Below, piece by piece: positions 52,846 to 64,000 of a DNA stretch of 64,000 nt. The position numbers and the translations under genes are program-made. The notes below the pieces were generated by a model. That model saw only the letters and a list, made by a program, of their open reading frames with translations, was not told the origin of the DNA and made no database searches. Source of the DNA: Perkinsus chesapeaki ATCC PRA-425 (Eukaryota > Protista > Perkinsozoa); contig JAAPAO010000124.1 of assembly GCA_013115145.1 (NCBI GenBank), positions 1 to 64,000 of the forward strand, read 5' to 3'. The first letter of the stretch is position 1, and the number at the start of each line of letters is the position of its first letter.

Positions 52846-54148
52846 TTAATCTCTACTTGGTGCTAGACTAGCATGCCAACCAGAAGCGATTCCTGCGAGA
52901 ATCACTGCCTTGCGCTCTACTCCCCAATTAGCTGCTTCGCTGAAGGTATCATTCTCATCAACTAGCCCCCATTGACGAGACATGTCCTCGACTAGAGGGG
53001 TCGGAATTATGTCCCAAGATTCATCTTCTTGCCAGATGTGAGGTTCCGATCTCATGTAGTTGACGTTTTGGGGAAGAAGAGGAATTCTGAAAGTGAAACG
53101 GTACGAGGTGGACGGATAAAGCAATGCACCTAATGCTTTCAACTCCAGGTTTTGTGAAGTCTATAGAACAGACTTGAGTTGGTGTAGCATCTTTAAGTAA
53201 GAAAATCGATGCAGTTATTGGAGACTGAGAATGACCATAGTGGCACCGACATACGGCGAATAGCATCTCACCTGTGAAGGGCCGAAGACGTGGGAGACGG
53301 TGGACGTGCCCGGGCCTCCTCTTGCTTTCATTGACGCATACCAGACCTCCCTAGCAATATCCAATATAGCGGAGTCGTTTTGTGGGCGAAATACAACATT
53401 CACAGCTTGGGGTTCATAAGATAAGTCTTCACTTTGTTGAAGGAGCTTTCCCCATTCAACAATGTTTTCTTCACAGCCAAGACCTAGCCTAACTCTGTCA
53501 ATTGCCGTTGTGAGCCGTGAGGTGTTGAAGCAAAAATACCAGGATAAGGTGGGACTCTTGTGCAGCGTTCGCTTTGGACTCTCGTCCGTCTTCACTAAGG
53601 ACCTGAACAAAGTGATACGGTATAACCTCGACCATATTGTTAGCGCTTTAGCACTGTGCTAATAGCACAACATACAATGTGTGTCCGTATGTCACATAGT
53701 CAATAACGTACTTCTTCTTTATGGAATCGAACTTGGCAGCAACTGACGCCTGCCACTAAGAGGAAGGATCAGAATGAAGTTTAACAAGCCCTTCATACTG
53801 TAGTTGACATGGTCTGTGTGTGATCCCCGTGTTTCTTCACCCAAGGCCCCCTATGGGACACATCGTAAGCTTCCAAGACACACGAAGCAGCTGCTGCCTA
53901 AGATGCCATGTTAGAAGGTTCGAATTATCAAGGGATTGAAGGATGAAGCTTACTTCTTTCACTTTTCGTTTCTTCCAGAAAGGCTGAGAGAACACGTATG
54001 GAGATGAAACGTACAAATGCAGTCTGCGGCATACCTTCATTCCATCGGTGCCCTTTATTTCATCGTACAAGATCAACAGAGCGACGACGGAGATAACCGA
54101 AGAGAACATGTTAACGGTAAAAGCGTATAAATCGCTGTCGATTCGCAC
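52846..54148 (-). CDS. Unknown family, tandem unit 2 (5' end approximate)
   Basis: N-terminal hydrophobic stretch; WQASVAAKFDSIKKKYVIDYVTYG, CEENIVEWGK, FRIPLLPQNVNYMR, IASGWH. Confidence 0.6.
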
Positions 54149-54311
54149 TTAACAGCGAATCGCTTGCACACAAAAAATATCTCCGTGTGACATAGTTGTA
54201 ATAGTTTTATTATAATCAACAAACGAATGACCATTGTTCGGATTGGAACATGGAATTCACCACTTCAAAAGCATCTGGAACATCTTCTACAGTAACTGGT
54301 AGCTAATTCGG

Positions 54312-56017
54312 CTAATACGTGCGAGGTACAATGTGCAGTCCCTCCAAGATCCTCCTAGCTTTAAGGGCCTCGAATGGATGGCGAATGAAGTAGCTCTTCA
54401 TAACTGCCTTCAGCGAATCTTTTTTCTTGCATTCTAATTCTTTACTTCTTGTCGCATCGGCTAGCACGGATTTCATAAAGTGAATGTTATCTTTTGTACA
54501 CATTATCCTAAACAAGGCACGTTCTTTCCAACAACTATTTCCCTTACGAGGGCAGTTTAGCCTTATCCTCAAGGTTGAAAATGAGATAGCTCAACGCAGC
54601 ATGATTGTTGTGCTTGCTCCAGTAAGTTTTCGCCAAGACGTTCCCCGCTCCCTGAGAAAGACAAGTACAAGGAATGTCGTTAACTATGTAAAGGACGGAC
54701 GTCTAGGTGACATCTAGTTGAGAGCGTCGGGCAATCCAAACGAATAGAATAACGAGGTCCAACGGAAAGATGCACTGCAATGTGTACTTACGAATCGCAG
54801 TTTAGCGGGAAACGTTAGCATAGCTTCGTTTTTTTCAAGACTGAACACCATTTCCTCTTCGACTCTGATGGCAAGTATAATAGCTGCCGCCTCCTCGGGA
54901 TCAGCTTCCATTCTCTCTTTCAGCGCCTCCACTTCTCTGGTCACGACAACTCCATCGGTCAATGGTGACTCTGGTGTCAACTCGTCGAGGATGTTATTGG
55001 CCCAAGCAATTAAAGCGTCCTTGCAGGTGCCACTGATGGTCAGCTCATCTAGCTTCTCAACAATAGGTAGATCATCCAACGTAACCACCAATCTTTGATA
55101 TTTATCCTCCTCTATCAATTGATAACCATCCATCTTCGAACGTTTACCGTAAGATGACGAATTTCCTACGTGAACTTCTCTAGGAGAAGAACGATCGATG
55201 TAAAATAAAGGGAGGTCCCTGCACCTGTCTTGCCCCAAGGTAACATAATCTATCACATATTTCATCTTATGCTTGTCGTACCTCGCTGCCACCGACGCTT
55301 GCCACTGAGAGTAGAATATTAAGAGACAACCGAGATGGGGGATCTTCTTACTGCCTGTAAAGTTTCCCTGTAGCTTCCCGGGAAAGTGTATGATACCCGA
55401 ACCCCACTCAAGTTAGGAGACTCTACAATGCAGTGATCCTCTCGCGAGTCTACAGTCACACAGAAATTGCTCGAGTCGATAGGAGGAGGGTTGGTCTTAC
55501 TAAATCCGAAAAACTGCAGGAAAGTCCTAAACTTCGATGATGAGACGGGCTAAGTACATTATGAGAAGCACGAATGTAGGAATAGACTCACCGGTGCAGC
55601 TCTTGCTCCAACTCTCATTGCTCGGAGTAAAAACAGCACGAGCATCCAAAACATTGACATTAAAGAGTTTAAAGAAGCTCTTACTGGAGACATGTGTCAC
55701 TTACTCTGTAATGGGTGTGTGGTTCCTATTGTTCCATTTGATACTGTCGATACCTATTTGCGTCGCAACTACATACTGGGGTTACAAATGGTAGCACGTG
55801 GGGCATATTTGCATCCTACAGAGTTTCAGAAAGAATGGTAAGTAAGATGGTGGACTTCACGGTAACTCAGACTGGGAGGGAATGCAGTATACGTTATCTG
55901 AATCCTGTCAGAGCCTACGCTATGCACTGCCTGCAACAAGCAATATGATAATAATACAACACCGAAACGATTTAACAACGACATCATCATTATCACTATC
56001 ATGGACTGTAACATCAC
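54312..56017 (-). CDS. Unknown family, tandem unit 3 (5' end approximate)
   Basis: Signal-like MSLLNRFGVVLLSYCLLQAVHS; WQASVAARYDKHKMKYVIDYVTLG, CKDALIAWAN, FRIMCTKDNIHFMK. Confidence 0.6.
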
Positions 56018-56069
56018 CTTCTGAGTGGGTTAATAACATCATATAAGAGGCCGAACATGATTGAGTGGA

Positions 56070-57600
56070 TCATGCGGATTCCTTATCAACAATGACCCAC
56101 TCGCCGCTCTCGCTGATACTATTGCTGTTATCTGAATGAGCTGTTGCTCTCTTAGGGCCGAGGGTATCATGCCATCCCGAAGCTATAGCAATAAGTAGAC
56201 GTCCTTTAGCATCGTTGGTTAAAGTAGTATACTTATTATCTAGTATACCCCATTCTATAGCCTTCTGGACAGTTACCGGGCTTCTCGCGATTGACCCTTC
56301 TTCCTTAAGATTAATTGCTTGACGCCTCATCTCATCAACATTCTCAAATTTGAGAGGAATACTGAGGAGTGCAACAGAAGGATACACTGCGATCTCATTG
56401 GCTTACTTGATGGCTTTCTCACTGTCATGCGAGAAAACAATGTAGCTCACACGGTCTTCCTCAAGCAGGACGAAATCAATAGTTGATTCCAGAGGGGGCT
56501 GAAGACAATGGTCTCGAAGACACTTCTGGTGAGCTTCACCTCTTGAGTTGCTATAGACTGTGATACGCTGACGGTACGATGGTCTTTCTCTCGGGATAAG
56601 GTAGCCGACCAGATGTCTTGAGCAATGGCCAAGACGCTTCTATCAATAGACTCACGCCGTTCCTCCTCTTTCTTAACATTCCTTATATTAGATATTCCTC
56701 CATGCGTTCGGATATCTTTTCCCCATTTAATGATGCTCTCCTCGCATGTGAGATCTTCTGACTCTCTGTTGCCCCCCATATAGTCCCCCGTAATAGTCGG
56801 CTCGAAAAACCACGATAAGCTGGAACGGATGGACTTAGTGACAGGTTTTTTGCCTTGGCGACCAGCTTCTTGGACAAATCTAATCGAAAGACTCTGTGGA
56901 ATGCAGAGGCTTTCTCTTCGTAGCAGCGCCAAGCTTACGTCCTTTCACCATACGTCACATAATCCAGAGCATATTTCTTCGTTTCCTTGTCAAGTTTGGC
57001 AGCTACGGAGGCTTCCCACTGAAACGGGCACAGATATGAATCGTTCATCATTCTATCTCCGTTATACCGGTGATGATGTTTCTTGAGCGCCTCCCAACGC
57101 ACCCCCTCCTCCAAGATGTTTGGCAGTCAAAACACAGTGTCCCTTTCGTTGACGGCTCATCTGAAAGTTCAACAAGGTGGCTGCATGGCCCCGATAGAAA
57201 ATGACCAGCAAGCCATCGAAGAAAACTGGCAAGATTTCAACTTTTACTTTTATATCCTTCTGTTGAGGCTTTCCGGTTAGGGCGCTCTTTAGGGCCTGAA
57301 TGATGGGAGTGTGGCGTTGTGTAATGAGCGAGAGAGTCACTGACCTTGAATGCCTTTCCGTCGCTACCAACAAGACAAAGTAGAACGATTGAAGTACGAG
57401 CGATTGGTGCCATTGGGAATAGCTTCCCAGTAAAACAACAACTAGCCTTCCTTTCGTCACCATTAGCATCGATTACCAATAAGACAGGCTTACTGGGATT
57501 GCTCGTGCAGCAGATAAGTGAATGGAAACAGTCTTTTCTTCGTGCCCCACGGAACGCGTGCATTCGAGCTTTGCATGACACATATGGATCGAGCTGTCTC
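56070..57600 (-). CDS. Unknown family, tandem unit 4 (5' end approximate)
   Basis: WEASVAAKLDKETKKYALDYVTYG, CEESIIKWGK, SIPLKFENVDEMR, IASGWH. Confidence 0.6.
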
Positions 57601-57829
57601 GGTAGTACCGGGTCGGCAGGAAGGACTACACTAGTAAGATATCAACGTTGGCATTATGGTTGTCTCATATTGGTATTTCATTGGTGTTATATTGGTATAC
57701 AGCAGCAGCATCGCTTTATATGGGGTACGCCCCGAAGTGTTCGGACTCCTTAACTCGTACCAACACAACATTATATTCCTACGTAAACAGTAATGGTTAT
57801 CATTGTACGTAGAAATAGGACCGAAGAAA

Positions 57830-58472
57830 TCACTGGTCTCCAGATGCACATCCTCTACACCCACAGTGAGCACATTGCACCACCCGACCTTCACCCAGCT
57901 GGCTTCTCGGGACACGACAAATGCAAGTGGTACCCTAACCGACAGCAATAATAAGCCATTAATTATACCATATTACTTGATTATGATTCGTTGATTGACA
58001 GCAAAGCATGCAGCACAGCTGATCATATCCAGGTTTCCTCCATTTGTAAACCAATTGCTTGTCAGCCCAGCCCTCCTAACAGAACCATCAATACAATCCA
58101 GAGACCATCTCCCTGCTTACGTCCAAGCAGTATTTGAATAATTCCTTCGAGATTGCCTTCTTTTTATAATACATATCAAAAACATACCTACCAATTAAAA
58201 CAACAACACCACATCGACGACCATCTTCCCCTTTTCATTGCCGACCTCGAGCGTTGATGATTCAGCTTATGAATGGGCCATAGAAGTTCAGTTTTTCTTT
58301 TATCTTCATGAGGTTCATTCTCCGCATCTCTCATTTTCCTATCCAACTCCATAAGTGTTGGTTCTATCTCTTCCCAACCCTCTGACATTCACCACAATCA
58401 ACAATAACAACAGCCCAGGTCACAGCGACTACCTGGAGCCTTCTTTGATCGCAATGTGCGAACCTTAGGCAT
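57830..58472 (-). CDS. BUD31: Pre-mRNA splicing factor Bud31/G10 (multi-exon)
   Basis: [13 protein letters not shown]|[10 protein letters not shown]...[34 protein letters not shown]...[13 protein letters not shown]. Confidence 0.95.
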
Positions 58473-58846
58473 AGATGGCAAATCCAAGAGACCAAACTGC
58501 AATGGAACTATGGTTTTTCAATCAGAAATGCTACCACGAATAAAACGATTCCCCACAGGAAAATAATACCCGTTCGGCGGAGCTCACAAAGTCTATGCTG
58601 TTAAACTAGGAAAAAATAAAAACATTCGGAATGTTCTACAGAAGAGAGCTTCTCACCAAATAGCCGTGATGAACACCCTTCTCAAAAACCGCTAGAGATT
58701 TTGCTGAATATTACCTATCTCATGGGCAACAGAGAAATATTTCACAGGAAGCAAAGGAGTCGTATTAGCCACAATGCTACACAACAGCAGCAGCAGCGAA
58801 CTGATAAGAAACGACAAGGTGGCCACATAAGTGACCATGAGTCAAC

Positions 58847-59224
58847 ATGCAGATAGAAAGTGAAGTGTTGGGAGTTCAGCCTCCCGACACTCCAATAGAC
58901 ACTTCCTCCTTTACTCCACCACAGCAGTACATCTGCGATAATGCTACCAATCTCGAATGGACTCGAATAACTGATGCCATTGAACCTGATCAACGAAGGG
59001 CAGCAGCACCAAGATCAACTTTTGAAAGCAAGATAATGAAAAAAATCCCCCTGCTGTTCGACTGTTGCCTCCCGAGAGTAAGGTGTAGAATGTCCTATGA
59101 AGCAGCAGCAAGTGTGGGTAAGTATATTTTCTCACTTACCAACAAGCACATGCAAACATTCTACATGTATTGCACAAGATATTCAAGTCGTCTTGAGGCC
59201 CACTTCCAATACTACCTTCGATAA
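58847..59224 (+). CDS. Small hypothetical protein
   Basis: 125-aa ORF divergent from BUD31, probably interrupted by an intron after FDCCLPR. No family recognised. Confidence 0.35.
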   Translation: MQIESEVLGVQPPDTPIDTSSFTPPQQYICDNATNLEWTRITDAIEPDQRRAAAPRSTFESKIMKKIPLLFDCCLPRVRCRMSYEAAASVGKYIFSLTNKHMQTFYMYCTRYSSRLEAHFQYYLR

Positions 59225-59299
59225 CAAACGTCCTGGACAACAGTTTAGCATCATCGTTGTCATCGACAAGTGTAGTCATTATCTGATTAGCGAGTCGTC

Positions 59300-60246
59300 A
59301 TAGAATAGCCCCATCACAGCAGCCTCTCACTTGAGCACCGCATTCCAGCCCTACTTGCTCCGCGTTTAACTCTGGGAACATTCGTAATGTACAGGCCAAA
59401 CGCATTTTAAGTGAAAAATGAGACGTAGCCCTAAAAACAATTTACCACCAAGACCTCCGACTTCCCCTACTCCTCCGGTTGCGAAGGTAAAATCTGGTGG
59501 TAAATTACGTTGACATGTCGACGAACATATGGGTCAGATTTGAGAATACCGTCCGAAATGTCACATACTGCGACAGCGATATTATCAGGAAGACCGTATA
59601 GATCAACCAGCTGAGGGATAAATTGGCCAAGTTCGCCAATCAGAGCAACAAATCATTCATACTCTTTCTTGGCATCCTTCAATCCTATCACCGACAACTA
59701 GATTTACACCAGTTATAGACTCGAATCTTCTGGCATGCGATCCACCAAGACCAATGAGATTATTGATGCTGCTTTCTACACTCAACCATTTGCCCTTCTA
59801 GGGTGAACGAATACTACTAGGAACGATGAGACGCAGATTTAAAGAGGTCCCATCGGGAGCTGGACGAAGATGCTGGTATCTTAGCTTCACCAGTGCACTA
59901 CACACCCTTCGGACTGCTCTCGAAATTCCCTGACTGAGGCGGCATTTCTATATAATGTTGCCAATTGCTACATATCCTTCGCTGCAATGACCATAGCCCT
60001 ATCGTGTGTACCGGGAAAATGCTGCCCTTTAGGAGATATCCTAACAACAGTGGTGGTATCTATCTCAAGCTTACTCAGCCGACTGCCATTGGGACCTATC
60101 CAAGAGGACATGAATCTTATAGAGGCAGTAACTGCCTGACCGATGATAGATCCAGCAATCGAGTTCGATACGAGCAGCTTGATCCAGTAGGGGCCGGTCG
60201 CAAAGGCTATCGCTTTACCTTCAATATATTCTCGAGAAGGGGGCAT
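59300..60246 (-). CDS. KH-domain RNA-binding protein (Nova/PCBP-like); 3' end approximate
   Basis: KH1 IKLLVSNSIAGSIIG|PNGSRLSKLE...HFPGTHDR; KH2 NLRLIVPS...LIGLGGSHARRFE...ERV. Confidence 0.8.
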
Positions 60247-60875
60247 TGCCAAATACGATAATGAGCTTTAAGATCATCCGATGGGACATATGTTCAATTG
60301 TAAGCCTAATATGCCGTATTCGCAGCCTACAGTGGCCTCCAAGAAGTGTAAGCAGGTTTGTCGTAAAGGTTCAACAGTAGTGGTAAGGAGTTGTACAAAA
60401 GGACAATTGCCGGGCAGGGACACTTCTTAGTAACAGTATCCATTTCAGCCGACCAATCATGAGAGAATACTTCCTGGACTGGCTCGAAGCTAATAAAGTA
60501 AATGGTATACTACCTCTGAACCCAACTTCTCAACATCACCGGACAAAAGCTTGACTCAGAAAACTACGAACCATTAACAGTGGCGAAGACGAGCTAGTCC
60601 GTAGGTTTCTGGCCGTAGCTTTCGAAAATACGGCACTGAAGAAACTACCCCCACTGTCAGACTAGCTAGACTCGCCACAAATATTTCATCGTGATTAAAT
60701 GCTGCATATCATTCAAATTGGTAATCTGCAGTTACAAATCCTGAAATACATATCCTACAAACGCAATCAAGTGATTTCCAAAAAAAATGTTGCATATTAT
60801 CGGAATGAACATTCGATGAAACGATGAAAACTATACATAATGGTGACTGCTTCCACCACTCGAATTTAATTTTGT

Positions 60876-60884
60876 GGCGCGCGA
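60876..60884. promoter_or_regulatory. GGCGCGCGA motif in the KH/PDCD5 divergent spacer
   Basis: Seen directly, flanked by T tracts. Function is inferred only. Confidence 0.3.
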
Positions 60885-60992
60885 CGTTTTTGCTACTTTA
60901 GCGGGCGCCGAAGGGCACTGCAGTGAGACTGGCAGAGTGTGCCGTCTCTGGAAGGGGGATTGTTGTTATTGTTTGTTGATATTATTATTGTG

Positions 60993-61620
60993 ATGAACTC
61001 CAACGAAGAAGCCTCTGCTATGCAAAACGCTGCGCAAATGCAGTCACAACAGCAGCAACAGCAACGACAGCAGGAGATGCAGCAGCAGAAAGAGTATGGA
61101 TCACGCGTTAACCTTTTGTGCACCATGCACGGTTCAAGCTTGGATTCCTCAGGGCTATGGAGGAGCGCAGACGAGTGGCGGTCCGAGCGATGATGGAGCC
61201 GGATGCCTTGGAGCGACGTAGGCCGATTTTTGTTGATTTTTTTGCTGTCATTTGTCGACCATTGGCAGTTAATCGCATTGGCTTGGTTAAGCCAGAAAAG
61301 CAACGTGCCGTTGAAAGTCTGATTATTCAGAGTGCACAATCAGGACGACTACAACAACGAATAGGTACCCTCTGGGAATAGATCTCGGGTCGATCGGTCT
61401 ATAAACGTAAACTCTAACTTATTGGACTGGAATGTCACTGTTTAGATGAGGGAACCCTTGTACAGCTTCTCGAGCACGTTGAAAAGCAAAGCGGCGCTGG
61501 AGGACATATCAAGGTGGGAATTGTCCAGCAATTCCCCAAATGCAGTTTTTCTATCAGTTTGCTCGAAAAGCGTTTGATGATGACGACGATTCTGACATCG
61601 ATTTGGACAACCTTGAGTGA
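60993..61620 (+). CDS. PDCD5: Programmed cell death protein 5 / dsDNA-binding TFAR19 family (multi-exon)
   Basis: MEPDALER|LNRIGLVKPEKQRAVESLIIQSAQSGRL...DEGTLVQLLE...RKAFDDDDDSD. Confidence 0.9.
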
Positions 61621-61698
61621 TTATTAATACCAGCTTGAAAGCGTGCGTGGCGTCTACAAGTTTCAAGCGATCTCTCAAAGGGGGTTTAGTTACTTCTT

Positions 61699-61732
61699 GA
61701 GCAGGTCTCGGGTTCGATTCCCTGTGGTAGCT
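61699..61732 (+). pseudogene. tRNA 3'-half remnant
   Basis: GAGCA-GGTC-TCGGG-TTCGATT-CCCTG-TGGTAGC; no matching 5' half upstream. Confidence 0.45.
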
Positions 61733-61773
61733 TTCTCGTTTTAATATGCCTATTCGCGGAGCTCCTCGCGCCC

Positions 61774-62660
61774 ATGCCTTCAGTGGACCACGCCGCATTG
61801 CTGGAACTAGCAGAAGGTCTCCAACTAGAAGAAATAAGGGCACTGGTGTAACGATAAATTCATACCATATTTCCGTCAAATCATATCATATATCCCCTCT
61901 CAGATGGTCACTTATTACCATGAAGTGTCTGAGGAATGGAACTCCTATCGCCCAACTGCCAAACGTAGGTTATCAAACACCTGTTTGAGCTCATATCGTA
62001 TTTTCGATCGATACGAAATAATAACAGTTATAATGGCCTGCATTAAAGAATTAATTTTTTTATATACAATTGTGATGCCCTTGTTGGATTGATCATCCTT
62101 CAGCCGTCCAGCGTCAAGCCAGGGGAGGAGCATCTAGGAAGTTCCAACCTTCGACCAGGATACAAGGGGGTCTGAAAAACACTCTTACAAGGACTACTTT
62201 ATTTCCTTAGGGACTGCCAACATCCATCAGGTCTATGACCCAGAGCACCTCATTGTTGGTGCCAGTCATAGCAAAACGGCTCAACGTTTGGTCGATGCTG
62301 TAGCGTGGATCTCAAGGGGTTGTGATTAAATAGAGTTTCTCATCAGGATCCGGTCCTTCATGAGATTGTGGTTGATGCCATTCGTTATGCTGCAACGCAA
62401 TTTCACGCTCCGAGGGGACAAGTGGCCCAACTTAGGACCGAGGTTGGCGGCAATGATGATGCTGGTAGTTGTTCCGTTGAGAATTTCGTGGCGAGTGAGA
62501 TTTTCAGGTCTGGCCGGGTATTTGGACTTCTCTCGTTTGGTATGTTCTTATCTTCACACTCTCGCCAATGAAAGTGATCCTTCCCACCGTGAGTTGCTAA
62601 ACAGTTCCACGGTTGTTGTTGGCAATATGGGCTTTTGTGGCAACATCCCGTGCTTCAGGT
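61774..62660 (+). CDS. Hypothetical multi-exon protein
   Basis: Plus-strand open segments bounded by GT/AG (for example 62100-62300, 62355-62518). No family recognised. Confidence 0.35.
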
Positions 62661-63016
62661 TATAACTGGGCATCACAGTTTGGCGGTCATCATTCTTGAT
62701 TAGGTACAAGCTTAAAATGGGCCTTCCTGAGCATTATGTTAACCCTTATAGTCACCTTACTAATGTTATCCCGTTTATCTGGTGCAATGTCTTTTTCGTC
62801 GACCCATATGATAGATAACTGTGTATGGCATGGTTAATAACTCATACAACTTATTGATGTTTATGCTAATCTATTACTTTGTGTTATTGTTGAAGTATAA
62901 AAAGATATCTTCGCACTATGAATATTTTCAGGTATTGCCTCCTTGGCTTAAGATTATTCTTCTACTGTCCCTTATCATTCTTCTTCTTCTTCCTTCCGTC
63001 AATTCATATTTCTGTC

Positions 63017-64000
63017 ATGGGTTGCTCATGTAGTACAATTCATCGCCAGGGCAGCACCGATGAGCCTCAAAGCAGCACAATGATGCCAGGCAGCTCCACA
63101 ACAGCAGCAGCAGCGGGAGGAGGAGGAGGAGTGAGAGATGCGAATGACAGCACTGTTAAGCCGGGAAGGACTAAGTCCGCTCAGATGCAAGCAGTTGTCG
63201 GGGGAAAGTGTCGACAAGCATCTCAGACGAAGGTTTTGGTAATATTATGGTGGGATGGGCTCAACTGTTGATTAGGCATTGAGGGAATGTGGCTTGCGAT
63301 CGTTGCCTGAGGAAGCTTGCAGCTTAGAGGATCTTCGAACGCTGGATTTGGCGTTTAATAGGCTTACGACGCTGCCTAAGGAGGTTGCTTGGCACGCCAG
63401 TTTATTGAAGCTTAATCTTAGTTCAAACCAACTTAAGGAGGTTCCTTCATCATTGGTTTTCCTGATAAGTAAGAAGTCTTCCATCTGACTTATATTGGAT
63501 CTTGCACGGATGAAGCTAAGATACCTTTTTCAGAACTGCAATCGCTGCAGCTGCAGGATAATAAAATTGAGAAAGTCGGAGGATACGCCTTTCCGGGATC
63601 TCTGGTTGAACTAAATTTGTCAAATAACAAATTATCTTCCATAGGGGAAGAAGTTTTCGGTAATAATCGTTAATGCTCGCTCGGACATCATTCTTCACCG
63701 ACAGAAACGTTGAATCAGCTGACCGATGTGGATGTTTCCGGCAATCAGTTGCGGGCCATCCCAACTAAGGTTTTATTCCGCGTTGCCAGTAAGACGCTAA
63801 CCACAGTGAAGGCCGAGTAAGGTTTGAACGAAGACGCCGCTCAACCCGTTGACTAGATGGCCGATGTCATTTTATCAGGCACAATAAGATAATCGAGTTA
63901 GAGTGGCCTGATGATGATGAGGAGGACACGCGGCTTGATCGGCTCACGTAATGGGGAGCGGCGCCGGCGGCGGCAGGCCCTGCCGGGCAGGGAAATTCAC
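63017..64000 (+). CDS. Leucine-rich repeat protein with N-terminal acylation motif (partial, runs off right edge)
   Basis: MGCSCS start; LRRs LRTLDLAFNRLTTLP, LLKLNLSSNQLKEVP, LQSLQLQDNKI, LVELNLSNNKL, VDVSGNQLRAIP. Confidence 0.9.

Noticed and set aside
57631-57948. 105-aa ORF as a 5' exon of tandem unit 4
   Set aside because: It is an alternative frame over the last BUD31 exon.
61442-61879. 145-aa minus-strand ORF
   Set aside because: Antisense to the PDCD5 3' exons and the tRNA remnant.

Overview
Eukaryotic genomic DNA with very dense, short (about 40-60 nt) GT-AG introns. Gene content points to an alveolate, most likely Perkinsus sp. (inference). The ORF track is therefore fragmentary, and I assembled the gene models by eye from exon translations, so many boundaries are approximate. 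Left to right: a retroelement-like polyprotein (RRM fused to a WLLDSG aspartic protease) running off the left edge; three tandem intronless secreted Cys-module/mucin genes (MOE-like); TSR3; an atypical TGH-type MAPK head-to-head with CFAP65; a structured GC-rich island; an EF-hand gene; an ~11 kb gene for a giant Cys-rich surface protein carrying tRNA-Arg(ACG) and tRNA-Trp(CCA) in its introns, with a second tRNA-Trp downstream; SET, RRM, coiled-coil and OTU genes; V-ATPase F; an SPX-SLC13 phosphate transporter; MPP-alpha; a Rab-like GTPase; four diverged tandem copies of an unrecognised family; BUD31; a KH protein; PDCD5; and an LRR protein running off the right edge. No CRISPR, rRNA or spliced-leader copy was seen. 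The best leads are the RRM-protease polyprotein, the four-unit W[QE]ASVAAK..YVIDYVT.G family, the intron-nested tRNAs (one with A24) and the 22.46-22.69 kb structured island.
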